Source: Lingula anatina (Eukaryota > Animalia > Brachiopoda). From it: DNA of 64,000 nucleotides. Below the pieces are notes generated by a model. That model was not told where the DNA came from. It saw only the letters and a program-made list of their open reading frames with translations, and searched no databases. Position numbers and translations under genes: made by a program. The stretch lies in NCBI GenBank assembly GCA_051362555.1, contig CM120642.1, positions 13,206,001 through 13,270,000 on the forward strand, in the 5' to 3' direction. Below are positions 1 to 15,200 of this stretch, in pieces (within the stretch, counting starts at the first letter, position 1; every line of letters begins with the position of its first letter).

Positions 1-3000
1 CAGTTTTATATAATACTGAAGAGTTTTTCAAACTTTTAAGTCAGAAATTTATGAGACCATAAATGAGACATAAGATTGATATTATTCTGACAAACCTTTC
101 TTTAAGACTGGGTTCCCATACTTGGATCAATCCATCTGGATCAACCTAACTCCCTGGGGGTTCACGCTAAATTGCTATCAGCTCAAGAGGCTTAAATGTC
201 TGTCACACCTACTGAATCAGCTAGGGGTAAAGATAATTACCCCCTAACAGTTTTACTAGGTGTGACAGACGTTTAAGCCAGTTAGTTTGACAGCAATTTA
301 GTGAGACTCCACAGGGAGATAGAACAATCCAAATATCTGTGGGAATGGTCCCTAAGTATGTTTTGTGTTTGGTTTTCCTTATAATATGAAATATGTGCCG
401 TGATTTCAACTGAAAAAGAAAGTACACATAGTCTGAGGAACAACAACAACAACAAAAAAAAACTATAAATAAAAGCCCTGACCTGTTTGTGACATAAATC
501 AATATCCCCAGCCATGATTAGCCAAGTAATTAGTCAGAAACAACTACTAAGTGCATAGGTAACTTCCATTGAAAGACAGAATATTTGTTCAGACTGATCA
601 ATTATTGATGGGCCCTTTGGAAATACCTGCATGTTTATATGTGTATATCCCCAGTGTACAGTGAACTCATTCGGAATACCAAGACAAAAAAACAGCCAAG
701 AAAGAAAAACTGACAAGTGGTTGTTTTGGTTCTTTAGTTGGAAAAATGTATTGGTGGTATCAATAGTCATTTCTATTATGAAAACATTGGACGCTTGCCA
801 TGATTAGATGAGGAAAATGGGAATATGAAGAAAAATAAGGGGTCTCAGTGAAACAGGTGAGATTATTTCTGAGCAATTTTAGTTCTCTTTTTCTATTCTG
901 TTTAGTAGTAGATGTCCAGAAGATGTTGTTTTAGCCATGAGAAGTGTGCAGATCATAAAATCATATATCCTTAGCTTAATTTTTTAGCATAGAAGGTAAC
1001 AAATACAGATAATTTCATTGGGGGTCCTAGATTTTACTAAAAGGGCTGGGTGGGATAGATGAAAGGAGGAAAGAAAATAATTTTGCTTCATTGTACAAGA
1101 TGTCTGCATGCGCGAGTGCATGCCCCCTGGATCTGACTTTGCATTTCAACCAAAAAGCTCATACCATATCAAGAGGGATGTCAAGAACAAAAGATCCAGA
1201 TATGGTGTATGTAGCGTGCATGTACATCACACCTGAATGTGAGTTACACCATGCAAACTTGGATCCCTTATTCTCAACTCTCACTGTAGTTTAATCAGTT
1301 ACACCACTCACTGACTTAAATTATGCTGCATCTATTACATAATTCAAATCTTGTATCATGCTAATATCTGTTGGGTGCTTATAAAAATATACATTCCATT
1401 GCAGGGCTTTGCGATTAGTTCTGAGTCACATTCTGATGTCATTTGGCAGTTTTTAGCAGATATCGGGGGGGTGGGGGGTGGAGGACACAGGGAATGAGCC
1501 TCAATCACCCTGTGTAGGGTTGTCTTCTAATAGATAACTCTGTTGACAGGGGTCCGAGGATAATTTTTTATATGCTGGTAGCACATCAAAATTTACTAAA
1601 TTGTATTATTTTAATATACTTACCCTAAGACATAAACAATGAAAAGAAGGACTATCTTTCATTAAAAAATTTAGCAGGTTTTCAGGAAAATTCAGTACAC
1701 TCATACTTAATGTGGACAATACAAGAAAAGCATCAGTAGGTAACACATTTCCTTAAATATTCATATTAACTCATACTGGTTCTTACGGAAGCTACACCTT
1801 GGCTTTGATATGATGAAGAGGAAAATAGTGCACATCAAGCTTCTTATCTTGCACGAAGTTCAAAAACAAGACCTGTGCATTGAATGGAAATAACCACATA
1901 GGACAGAGAAATAAGGGTAAGCCTAACGGCAACCGTATGTGCCTTGATGCTGTTTCATTGTGTAATGAAGAATAATATATTGAAACTTATGAAAAAAAGA
2001 AAAAAATCCTTTGGTGAGTCAAATAACATCACATGCATAAGACCATGCACCAAGGGAGTGATGTTTTAGTTGACTCTGTATACCTGTATTTAATTGAAAT
2101 TGGGGTAAGGATACTGAAGTGGAATCCATCAGTGTCCAAGTCTTACAGTTACATGTACAGGGAAAAATGAACTTTTAATGGGGAGAAGTCAACTTGAAAT
2201 ATAAAGGTGTGGTATTAAGTGAGACAGCAAAAGGTGAGACAGGCAAATTGTGTGATATCACAATAAGAATACACTCGGAGATAAGTGCCTTTCAATAGAA
2301 TCTCCATTTGTGGTACAAATAATCAGTTTAATTTTTTCGTGTGTTAAGAAAAATGATGGGTGTAGATGTTAAATAGCCTGCTCACCTTCACATGTGTGAT
2401 CAGGTGCGCGAGCTCTCTCGTTGTCACCAATCCATGTCAGGTGAGGTGTCTGGTACTTAACCTGGTTTAAACAGTAAATTACATTCAGAAGAGCTTTATA
2501 GACTTGTTCACAGCTCAAGTGTGTCTTCAGATGGCCAAATTTAATGGTCTCATGAGTAGATAGCTGAGGTGTGGCATCTGCTTTTTTAACAGAGAGGTCC
2601 CACTGGGCCTTTGACTTCTAAATCTCTGCTGAATGATAAGGAAAACTTGGTGATGCATTTTAGTTTATAACTGTTCAATGTCAATCCTAAGACAACTACA
2701 AATAATGAAAATGTAAAAAATGATAATTATAATTTTGTGTGACTCTTTGACATGCTAAAAAGCTCAATGGGTGTTAATTTTTGATGGGTGGAGGGGGTGA
2801 TTTTTTATTATTTTTTTTTTTATTACTGCAGCAGATTTCTGCTTTCACAACAATTGATTATCTAAACAAAAGAATATGTGTGGAGCTCAACATTTTCAAT
2901 TCGAAATAATCTATCTCTATCCTAAATGTTTGAAAAGTAAAACAACCAGTGAAAATAAATGAAAATGCAATCGACAGAATGTCATGTGAATGACTTGCAT

Positions 3001-4020
3001 AAATAAGATAAGGATATGTTGTGGCGATGTCTTACGGAAGTGTTGATAAATGTGAAATTATTGCACAAACTGCCCTAATTGCAATCTGCAATGACTGCCT
3101 CTTGGAGAGAAAGCAAGATTAAGTTGTGTTTTTTATTATTAACATATATAATGATTAAATGTTTTTACATGTTTATAACTGCTTTTAGAGAGATAGAGGA
3201 TTAAGGGAGAGGATGAATGTAAATTGGCTAGTGCTCTAGTTTATAATTTACAATACAGAATTTTTTTTACTACAAAAGCAGTATGAAAGATTAAAAAAAC
3301 CATGTTAATACATGCATGTCCATATTTTGATTGTCCCAAACATTGCTTGAACAAAAAGTCAACTTTTAAACATGTTTGTTGAGAATATCTTCTCCCTGGT
3401 TTTTTTGTGGGTAATGATCTGGATGAAGATTGACTATTAGTCCTTTGGGAAATCATAGCCTGTCTCTATCAAATCGTGTGGATTATGATGAGATTTTTGA
3501 TGTAACAGTTGAACCATTAACATTTAACAGCTAATAGGTTTTTGCATACTTTGATATTGTGAGTGGTGAGTATTGTGTGGTAGCTAGGTTGTAACTGCTG
3601 GTTGTCAGGCAACTTCTGGCTTTGTAATTTTCTTTTATAGGAGACTGATCATGTTAATTTATTCAAACTTCATTTTGTTCACAGTGTTCAAGTAAAGCTT
3701 ATTTTCATAGGTATTGTGTTTTTCTGACACATGAAAGCTTTTCATCCTTGAGAACTTCAAAATTGTACCTATATTCATTTAATTTTTATTGTAGTCTTGG
3801 TACCATGTAGTTATAGAATATGTTGTTATGTCATAGTCATTGTAAAATGCATGTGTACCAAAATGAATAGATAAACACTTGCACTCTTACTATGCTTAAC
3901 TTGATTGCTTTACTTCATGCAGCAAACCGTCGATTAATGTTGCCAAGTGGTACATTTCTGTGTGTATAACTCTAACTTGAGACTGCACTGTCAGGCTGAT
4001 TGTCTCACACCCTTCTAATG

Positions 4021-4062
<42 letters not shown>

Positions 4063-4070
4063 AAAAAAAA
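4021..4070. repeat. (CA)n microsatellite followed by A-run
   Basis: cacgcacacaca...cacacaaaaaaaaaaaaa read directly. Confidence 0.95.
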
Positions 4071-7000
4071 TCACAAAACTGAACTGACCAAGTCTGGACA
4101 ATAATGACCCAAACTGTCCAGGGACATATTCAGCATTGCTGAGACCTTTTATTATTCAAGGTATTTTTTTGTGAACATTCAGTTTCTACCTTGGCTCTTT
4201 CCACCAAACACAGCTTAAGGCAGCTCAGTCTCTCTCAGTTGCCAAGTCTCAGGGGTCTAATTACTTTGTATAATTAAATAAGAAGCTTTAATGTCCCATG
4301 TCACATGTTAATCACATGTCAGACCAGCCAAGCACTTACTTTAGTACATGAATCTCTAATTCTGTATGTTTATTTGATTTGGTAATGTTTGGTGCATGGC
4401 GTAACTGTGCACAAACTGAACACATTTATACCGACTTCCTTATAATAATCACAGACTGTTTTAATACAGTACTAGTGCTAGCTCACTACAATAAACATGC
4501 TCTTTTAAATGGACACAAAAAGACAATGGAATGATTCCTTTGTATTCAGAAATGACTTTTGATTAATCAATGAATAAAATACGGGCTAGGTATGATAATG
4601 CATTATTAAATGGAACTGTAGTTGTATTTGAATTGATGAGCTTGTCAGTAGGGGAGTATGCTTTTCTATTCTATTGTCATCACTGATCTTAGTTGTTTTA
4701 TTAAGATAAATAATCTCATTAAGAAAAAACTTACATGAAATACTTATGCATGGGGCCTGAAGATGTCATCTCAGGTACTTTACCCCATCCCACTTGATGA
4801 ATTACCCCATCCCAACCCCCCTCCCCCTCTTCCATAAACCTACCACAGTTTATGGCCATGACATGGGCAAGATCTGTTATATTCCTGAACAATAAGCTTG
4901 GGACCCTCTACCCTGGTATATGACATATTAGTGATTCTTACACAACATTAGGGTAAGTATAAAAGCACTGATTTATTCGTGTGGAAATGTCATTGCTTCA
5001 TAAAAGTGTGGTATAGGTGAGAAGAATTTAAATCATACCCTATCCCACCATCACCTGTATCATTAGTATAAAATGAATACGTCATTTGTGCCTCTTTGTC
5101 ATCAATTGTGTCACCTGCGTCAATTTGTCATCCCTCTTTCATCACACCTGTCCTCTGGTAATTACAGGCGATCATATGACACACCTGATGCTTTAAATCA
5201 AATATTGGTGCTATTTAAAATTGCATTATTTATTGAAAGATGTGGTAAAATCTCTGATGTCATAGATCAGAAATACACTGGTAGGAACGATTACAGCTGG
5301 AATATTTTGCCTTTCCAAGAACATATTTCCTTTCAATATTACCTTATTTAAGAGTATTTTGTAGAGTGTTATATAGTGATGTGGGCATATGAAAATATTT
5401 TGAAGTTGATTAAATGTATCTGACCTTTTCTGTCAATGCAATGTATGTATCCAAGGTGGAGTTCCTTAATGTCATATTTTTATAAATAATTAATTTGACC
5501 ATGTAGTTTTGCATAGTGCAACTTGGTGAGAGCATTATATATTGAGAATCAGGTGCTGGTGTGTGGAAATCTCTGTTAGACTATTAACCACTGATATCAA
5601 AGAAACATTATTGATTTCCTATCTACAAGTATTTCTCCTCTTTTATGTTATGAAGTATTGAATAATAAATTTGTCACCAAATGTCTTAATTTCTGTTTTG
5701 TCAAGGTACCACATTGAAAAATCTTTTTTTTTTTTTTTAACATAATGCATATAGAATTGACACTATATTATCTGATTACAAGACTTTGAAAAATATATTT
5801 TACACACAGGTTGAGGATGATTTTTGTTAAAGTGCAATGTTATTATCAATTTGCAATTTACCAAAATCAATAACAAGGACAATTTGAAAATTATGAAATA
5901 GCCTCATATCAATACATATCTGGGAAGAGGACCTCTGAAATCATCCCACGTGGACAAATTTTTAAGGCAACCCATGTTAAGCAATCATAATATGGAGCAA
6001 TATGTTCATTATTATGACTTAATGTGTAGTTTGCTCACCTGTGAATGGGGGAGTCGTCAAAGTGACATAGGTACTAGTTGCCTAAGGTGACGGATGTAAC
6101 GGATGTGCATTGAATGTTCTCCTAAATTTATATCCCAGAATCATTTGCCTTATGAGTCTACCATTTGCTGTATTTCAGGCATCATAATGGTAAGGGAATA
6201 TTTGTGCACTAATTCATTTGTCAGGTTAAAGATCGTGGTTCTCCATGCTCCACTGCTGTGGCCATGGATTAAGAAGTAAAGACTCTGAGTTGAAATGAGG
6301 AATCTCACAAAATTGTATTTTAGGAGTTGTATGCAGTTTGTTTCACCAGTGTGTAGTCTTTGTTCTCTTGATTTGTGATGCACTTTTGTATGGTATTTCA
6401 TTTCACTTTTTTTAAAGACTTGGTTATGTAGCTATCTTTAGGCCACCCAGCATTTATTTCTTGTCCTCTGTAAGCTGGGAACCATGGACAATTTAACCCC
6501 TGACTTTTCTGAGTTCTTTTTATAATACAGTTTTTAGTTTATAAAAAGCATTGGTTTATGATAGAGAGGGGGAGGGGCATGTGTGCATGAGTGGGGAGAG
6601 AAGTACTCTATAATAGGTATCAGTTACAACACCAAACATGTATTAAAATGTCTTTTGGGAAAAAAAGAAGGAACGTCATTGATACATTTCTATTTTTATG
6701 GATAAAGTGTTGGCATATCTTTGCACTGGGAAGGGAATAGCTGGTCATTCTATGAGACCCAAAATGAGTGAAGCACCCTTCCCTACACTCCAGGCTCCAG
6801 CTGTAAATATAGGTAGTAGATCTTATCATCAGGATAACAAATTGCTAGATGGTTTGCTTGCCACATTCTCTGGCAGATGTTTTAAAGGAATACAGTGTGG
6901 CATTGTCCTGGAAGTAAATTGTTCATTGTAACAATTAATGCCTTTGCAAGATGTAATTAGCCATCTTTTTTTAAATTATGCAATATCATTGGCTCAAGAT

Positions 7001-10000
7001 TAACTAAAATAATATTATTTAAGTTCCTGCAGACTAAGGGTTACATTAAAATGTTTTCATGGTATATAGTATAAAATAGATGGATAAATGGATGGGGTTG
7101 GGTGGGATGGGACAGACATTTCATAACCACAGTGGTTTATTTTTCATATATTATGTTGTTTTCAAAATGAGTTACTATCTGGCCCTAATAACCCTACTCT
7201 TTGTATTTTGACATGTGTATCAAAGATTGGTCAGTCGTGTCAAATTATGGCAATTTTCTTGGCTTGTGCATTGCCCATGATTGCGAAAATGTGCCCATAA
7301 ATCTACTATATTTTGAAGAAAGTGGTCTTAAAAGTGACAGCAGTGTAATTTTCTCCTATTCCCTTTATTAAGATAATGCGTTTTCTTGGTCAGAAGTGAT
7401 TTTCCTTTCTTGTATTTATATTTACTGTTCTATCCAATGCATACCTAAGTGGTCGCATGTTATATTGTAAAGGTAGTAGGGCCAATGGAAAATGTTATTT
7501 CTTATCTCACTTATTTATTAGTTCTTTATCTGATGATTTGTGATGTCCAGTTAGTAACAGTGATTTATAACCTCCCCTCAGGTAACAGCAACATTAAAGG
7601 ATCCTCCCTTCTCATACATGGAAGCTTGTCTTATTTGTATTATTTAGAATGTACACACCTGTAAATACTGTAAGTCCCCCTGTTCCAAGATGTGCATTTC
7701 ATTTCACATCTATTATAAAATATGCATGCACCTAGAACCAGCACAAAAGAGCTTTCATATTCCAAAAAATCACAAGGTTTCATAAGTCCAGTAGGCAATA
7801 TATTTATGTCATAATAACACCAAATGAGAGAACCTGTCAGGTGACACGTCTTAATCAGTATGTTTAAGCTGTTTCCTGCCTATTAACGTGTGTTAATCAC
7901 CATTTGCATCTCCTCAATCACACGGGTACATACGGGGCTTCTTGACAGCAAAAATCTGCATGTAGACAGTCAAAAGGGTAGTTGTAACCCCTCCCTGAAA
8001 CAAAGATGGTATGTTATATACATGGCAGATATTTTGAATGTGTGATGTAGTGCATCTGGTCGGATGTGGTTGGACGTACTTTACTGAGGAATCAAGAGCA
8101 GCTGCTATCCTGAGAGAGACTGATCAAGTGAATCTTCTAATTAGGTTGGAGAAAGTGTCATCCTAGGCTCTACTGTCAAGAGATCTTTTCTAACCAGGCT
8201 GCCAAAGGCATCATCACAGTAAAGATATTTTCTGCCTTTTTGTTTTCATTTAGTCTTAAGTAAAAAAGGACATTAAAGAAAGAATAAAGAATAGTAAAGA
8301 TATGAATAATCTAACACTAACAAGACAGGGTAATTCTAGATTAGAATATAGGGTTTCAGTACACAAGGGATGCTTATATTAGCTTTGGTTATTGGAATTT
8401 GTAATTGTGTCTAGGTGTTAGTCATGGCATTTGAGGTACATTTTCATTACATGTTACCTAGAGTTATGTGTGACATCAAATTTTATGGTTGCAGCAGTTT
8501 TGTTACATAGTAAATGTGAGGTGTTATGATAACATTTTATGATATGCAACTGGCACTATAAGTAAAAATTACTATTGATGCAATCTGCAAAGGGGCATAT
8601 CAGGACTGGAGGAACCTCCTAGGTGAATGAAATGTTCCTTTGGTTAAATTTCCATCTCTCTGTTTCCAGGAACGGCAAACCAAGGGGGTTGATTACACTA
8701 GATAGTGAAAGAAAGTATAACAAAGATTTGCCCAGATACTTTTGGTAAGTCAAGGTTTTATTTTTTAAGGGTTGAATGGTGTATATTTGTGTGTGCGTGC
8801 TGATATTGTGTTGGTACTTCAAATACATAATGCATTATATCTCTGCATTGAAAGAAAAAAGCAGTGGGTTTAACATCTAAGTCCTTATATTTAAATTAGT
8901 GCAACAACATTTTTAAACAAATGAAATAATGTAATGTAGAAATGTTATGTATTTAATATTTATAATTGGATACATGTAGGAAATCTGTTAGATATCTGCA
9001 AAGAATAAAACAAAATTTAAGTGAAAATCACTTAAACAAGGTTGATCTGTGGTCGTTTGTTTAAACTTTGATATTTAACTCTGTAGGATGTTTTGAAACT
9101 GTCAGACACTAAAGTCAACAATCAAACCTTGTCATGGGAAACAATCATTGGGAATCAGATTTTCTTGGAACATCGTGTGAGGGTCGGAAATCATCAGATA
9201 TGAACCATGTTTTTTTTCCAATTTGATGAATTGTTTGACAGATTGTTGGAGTGGATAGCTCTGTAAGATATATTCTGCCATTGTGCATATGTTCTAAGAT
9301 TACATTTAAAGGTAGCAAGTTAGTGATGGATCTTAATTAACTACTGTGTTTTTGTGTGTTGGATTTCTGAATCAAATTTCAAAGACAATCAGCCCAACAG
9401 TTTGGATCTGTCCTCATAAACTAAGCCCAGACATAACTTCCCATCAATAAAGTTGTTTCTATTTAAGGAAGGGTTGCTTCATCTTTGTAACAGTCAATCC
9501 TCCTAGTTGTGGATCTTTATCTATACAGTTATATAGGTATGCGTAATGTTATTTTTTAAAAAACAGCTGAAAGCCTCTTTATGTTTGTGAAACACAATGT
9601 AACTGTTTTGCCATGTAGAAATGGGCCCTTGCCATGCAATTTGGTATAATAGAAACTTTTGTTTAGCTGAATATGTAGAATGTTTAAACTCATTACTATT
9701 TCACCCTGTCTTACCAAAATAAATCCATGCAAAATAAGGGTAAAATATGAGTCAAGCTTTCAAAATAATCTTACTATACTTGGAGATAAGTGACAATAGT
9801 CAGTCCTCATGACGGCCCCAGCGTGATCACACGTGGACTAATTCTACTTTATGTGAAAGATAAAAATTGTGTCTAATTACGAATGTGAGTCGTGTGCCTC
9901 GGCCGGACTTGGATGTCGTCTTTGCTGACCTGGATGATGTTAAGCATGCGAGCGGGTACTTTAAGCTAGATGGATGAGACTACTAAAACTACCATTCACT

Positions 10001-12061
10001 TTGTATAACTGCAAATTTTCTGTTGATTATTTTGCTTGAAACAATGGTCATGTAACTGCCAATGAAAATCAAAATAAAAGATTGATCCGACAATCTCAAT
10101 TTTTTTATATTCTAAAGTTGTAAAATTGTTTTCTTTGGTAAGTGTTATATTTAAGGGCAAGTGCTTGAAGGATAGTTATTAGGTACCTGTAAAATTTAGC
10201 TAACCACATAATGTATAAAAACTTTGTCAGCATTTTAGTATAACCCATTCAAAGTAGAGATAAATTCTCAGTATCTTTATTGTAGCAATAATATCCAAAT
10301 TAATGAGATGCAGGAACCTCAATGCCATATTTTTATTTGATCTTTTATACCATGATGTTAAACAAGTGACATGCAACATTCTGTTTAACAATTCTGTTTC
10401 CCTATATTTTAACTGTAGGCAGTTTCACACCTATTGGCTGGCTGGCACCACCATCGCTCAGCTCCGGCTTTATTTGTGCTGTTCATAGACATTAACTTTT
10501 ACTGAGAAATTTCTTGATCTGGTACATGGTCCGTCCCTTTCTACAAACTTATGTTGTAGAACTCTATAAACAACTACTTTCTGTAGCTAAAATTAAGCTA
10601 TATTACTCAACTCAGATTAATTGTTAACACTAAGAAAACTTTAAAAAAAGAATGATAGTAAAATCAAACAATTTCATCATTTTGGAAAGTGAGAGATCAA
10701 GGAGGTTAGAACAATACTCATGCATCTACCATCATTTTTACAAATAATAAAGTTCTATAACTTTTGAAATGTGCAAGGTATTGATAATTTAACTATTCTA
10801 TGGACAGCTGACTCATAGTCTGAGGCATGTAAGGGTGTTGGCCTCTGAAAGGTGATGTAACTAATGTCTTGAGAAGCTTCTGCGGAGGGTCCTTGTGAAG
10901 CTCGCTCCTACAAACGATAAAAAATGCAACTTCTTCTAAGCATGCAATGTTGTTGCCAAGGTATGTGCAATAGAATTTGATCAACTGTTGGGTGTGCTAT
11001 GGAAATTCATGATCACACCAATCATATGCTGTATTCCTGTAATTATTACCCTTTGGAGGAAAGTAAGTTGGATGAAAAGCAGTCATTAGTTTTCATCAAT
11101 TATTAATTTTCAGTTCAATTCAGAAACAAAACTGGCTAATTTTAGGATACAAGTGTCTTGATTGTTTCTTGGCTGGACTGGTTTATGAAGACCCTTTTTT
11201 CATTGGGGGAGGGAATGCCTGATATTCATCCTATTAGATATTCATCCTGATGTCCAAGTATTGACCTTGATAGCACTTGCCTGTGAGATGAAAGACAATT
11301 TTTTGGGTGGTAAATTCACTTTAAAGCAGCCATCAGCAATTTTGTCCATTTTATCTGGTCTTGTGCCCCTTCCATCTCTCTAGATTTGACTTCTGTCTCA
11401 CCTCAACTGTCTTGATCTGACTTCACAGGGACCAAATATTTGTTGTCAGACATACCGATTTTTTTCTTTAAAATTGTTTGACTGCATGATTACTGTTTTT
11501 ATTTATTTATTTATTTATTAATTTATTTATTTATACTTCCAATGGATTTTGCAGTCATGTGCTTTTGAAAATTGAGAAAAGTTACTTTTAAAACAATAAA
11601 TATATCAAATGTTTTAAAGTGCTAAAGAAAACTGATTGGCAAGGCACATTTTTATGATCTCCCAACAGCATGATATTCTAACACCGTTTGGTGATAACCT
11701 TTTACTTTGAATATAAAAATAACATTAAGATTACCTTTCATAGAATGAACCCACTCTGGTCTTGAGATGTCCCCTACGTTAGGCTTACCCCTCCATTGAG
11801 GAAGGGCCAGCTCAAATATGATTAATTCATCATCAGTACAGTAACTGTGGTTAATGGTCGCATTGTATTGGGGTTTGGCTAATATGTTTTAATCCAAGAA
11901 ACTATCCTGTATTCCGCCTATGTCTGCTGTCTGAGTGAATGCACTCACCTTGATGTTCTCATTTTGTCTTGGTTTTATATAAGCTTAAGGTATGTACATA
12001 TGATTGTTATGCTACAGTTCTTTAATTTCTGCTGCTGGTGAGGCAAAAAATATAATATTAA

Positions 12062-12206
12062 TAGAAAAATAATAATAATAGAGAATAATAGAGGACTGTT
12101 GGTAGAAAAAAAGCAATTTGTATTCAGCGGTTAGAAAAATAATAATAATAACAGAGAATAATAGAGGACTTTTGGTAGAAAAAAAGCAATTTGTATTCAA
12201 CAGTTG
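12062..12206. repeat. Two-copy ~72-bp tandem duplication
   Basis: agagaataatagaggact(g/t)ttggtagaaaaaaagcaatttgtattca occurs twice in succession. Confidence 0.9.
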
Positions 12207-15200
12207 TTATTGACATTTAGTTTTAAAAATTAATTGATGTGAATGTAAGCAGAAATCGAGCAGAAAAGATCAAACCAGTGTCAAGCTGGATTAAACCAAC
12301 TAACCTACTGACTGAGTAATTAATGTTAATTCAGTTTTAGTTGAAATCAGTATGGTAAATTCCAGCCAGAATAAGGTTGATGATATACATTGGTGTCAAG
12401 GAGGGTTTAGGAACATAATCCATTAGTCAGTTTTATCATGGTGTTTTTTTTCTCAAAGCCTATCATTAGATTATGCAATAAAAATGCCTGCTCTCTTGAT
12501 GAGAGAGGGAAGATAGCATTTTGCTCCTCTGAAGTGCTTCTGGGCATAGCAAGCCATCATTAGTGTTGTTAGGGAGAAGTTGTAGCCTGCTACTTAAAAT
12601 AATGATTCAAGTTTGATACTTATGACTTTGATTTTAGTCGTCAGTATGTATAGCGAGCTCTGTGGCATGTCATTGCTATGCTGCAGTGTTGAGTTTGACG
12701 GAAATCCACCTGGCATTTTTACACCCAGTTTAACGGCAGTGCCGTAAGTAAAATATATGATATGGTTTATAACTATCATTTGTAAGCTTTTGAATTTGAG
12801 AAAAAAAAAAGACATGAAATGTTGGATTTAGAAAACAATTTGAGTGGGGTGGCTATGATTGGTTACACATACGTGTATCATGCAGAAAATGAGAAACAAT
12901 GACAATTACACCAGGTGGTATTTGATTTATTCATATCAAACACCCATTTTATAGAATGCATGTACAGACCCAATTTTATTTAACTTGAAACAAGTCTCCT
13001 TTATTCTGTTGTTTGCCTGAGTGAATTAAGTCCATTTGTTTCTTTGCTGTATGTAAGACACTCCTTTCTTCTGTAAGAGAGATTATTGGATTTTAATATT
13101 TTCTTGTAATGGTTAATTTCAACCACAAGTTGAGCAACAAGTAGTTTAAAGTTTAGCTGCCTGTCATAAGCTGTATTCTCAACAGGTAAAGAATTGTGGC
13201 AATTCAGTTATCGTTTTACAGTTGAGTGATTTATCCGACACTTTGAAAACCATTTTCATCAACTTCTTGAGTAAAGAGTGCTCATTGTTTTTGTGCCAGA
13301 GAGTAAAAAAAGTCAAATGACAATGTTTAAACATTTCAAATTCTATATGCAGCTATTTTTAAGTCTTGGTAACCTGAACTCTACCCCCAGAAAAACTTCT
13401 GAAATTTCAGAGACAGAATACCCTCCATTCTGGTGATGCAAATATCTGGCTCTGCCACCACTTGTTGCATGATTGTAAGCCATTATGTCACCACAGGCAA
13501 TGAATTAGGATAGAATCTCGGGAAAAAAATCTTTCAAAATGTTTAACATTCTTTCTTGCAACAGGGTGTTTGCTAGAATAGGCAGTGACTGCGCAGAAGA
13601 TCTCATTGTTTCACCTGTTTGAAAGCAACTGAGACAGAGAGGTGAAACTTTGTGTCATCATTTGATTGATTGTGTCATAAAACAAGAGAAATTGTGAGGA
13701 TTTTCTCATGAATCATCTGCGGCCTACAGTGTTGTGTATCAGGCTGCGGTGCTGAAGTGAGGTGGTGCAAAGGCACCGGTTAGGACACACATGAAGATGT
13801 GCTGTGAGCATCTTGAGGAAAGAATAAACAATGGATTTAGATAGTCATAATTAGTGTGCCAGTTATTTAAGATTTCATTCATTCTGTCTGGCTGCTTCCT
13901 TGGCTGTCTTTCTATACATCTCTTTGTCCTTCTGTTTGTCTGCCCGTTTGAAGCCCATTTTTCATAATTAGGGATGGTTCCCCCACCTACTACCAACTTT
14001 CTTGGGTGGCCCTCACGTACCTGGTTAAATATTTTTTGTTTGAAATCATTTATTCAAGATTTTGCTGGCATTGAAAAGAATAGATAGAATGAGAAATGTT
14101 AAAATGAGTAAAATTAGGCCGATAATAATGATAGCTTCTATTCCTCAGAAAAAATAGGTACCCAATACATGGAAATCTTTATTAAATTCATACCATTTTT
14201 ATTGAGCACTGGTTTGCACTTGTTTGAGTTCTGTCAGCTTGTGAAACCTGTGCCTATTATTTCGACTCACATATGTGTCTCCAACACCTTGTGGCGTATG
14301 GTTTGTAGTAAATATAAATGGGGTTGTAACATCAGTGGCCTTGTATTGGGGATGGTTCCCACACCTGTTGCCAACTTTATGGGTGGTCATCACCCACCTG
14401 ACTACACTGATGTCTTACTTTAAGGGTTTTACAACACTGTTAATAAGACATGAGATAATGAGCATTGTTAACTATGTACAGATATTTATTAAGGTTTTCT
14501 GCACAATTAATGTTAATTATGTGTAAGAAATTATCAGTGTTCTTATAACTATATATAGATGCATATCAAAGCAATGTGAATCACTTGTGGTTGTATTTGG
14601 AGACCTATGGTCCTGTGCCTTCTGGTAAGGTTGGAACTTAAAATACAAACACTGCTCTGAAAACTTTGTGAATTATACATTGTTAAATTGCACTGTCAAT
14701 TTTGATGCCTTCAAACTTGTTTACTGATTTTTTTTAAAATTTCACTGCCTAAATGATTAAAACGAGATATTGGTCTTCTTTTATGATTCATTTTTTGTTA
14801 TTTTGAAAAAAACAATTAATTTAGGAAATTAGACTATAGTAAACAGAAATATTAGATTAAAATTACTGTATTGATACTTCCATAGAAAAATCCCATCATA
14901 AATTCACATAGAAGAAGTAACCCTGCAAAAGTGTAATAGCATATTGTAAAAAATACAATACTCACTGGCATATTTTGTAAACATTACACTGTTGTGCACA
15001 GTGAATGATTTATGGAGATGCTTCGCAATTGTCCTCATTTGCCCTCCTTACTGACATCATAATCGTGCTAGTACTACCTACATCAAGATTCATGCTAGCT
15101 AGAATTTTTTTCCAGAAGTAAAGATAAAGATATTTTGACAGAAAAGAATTCAAAACTTATTATCTTTTTTTATTAGTTTGATTTGATTCCATAAAAAATA

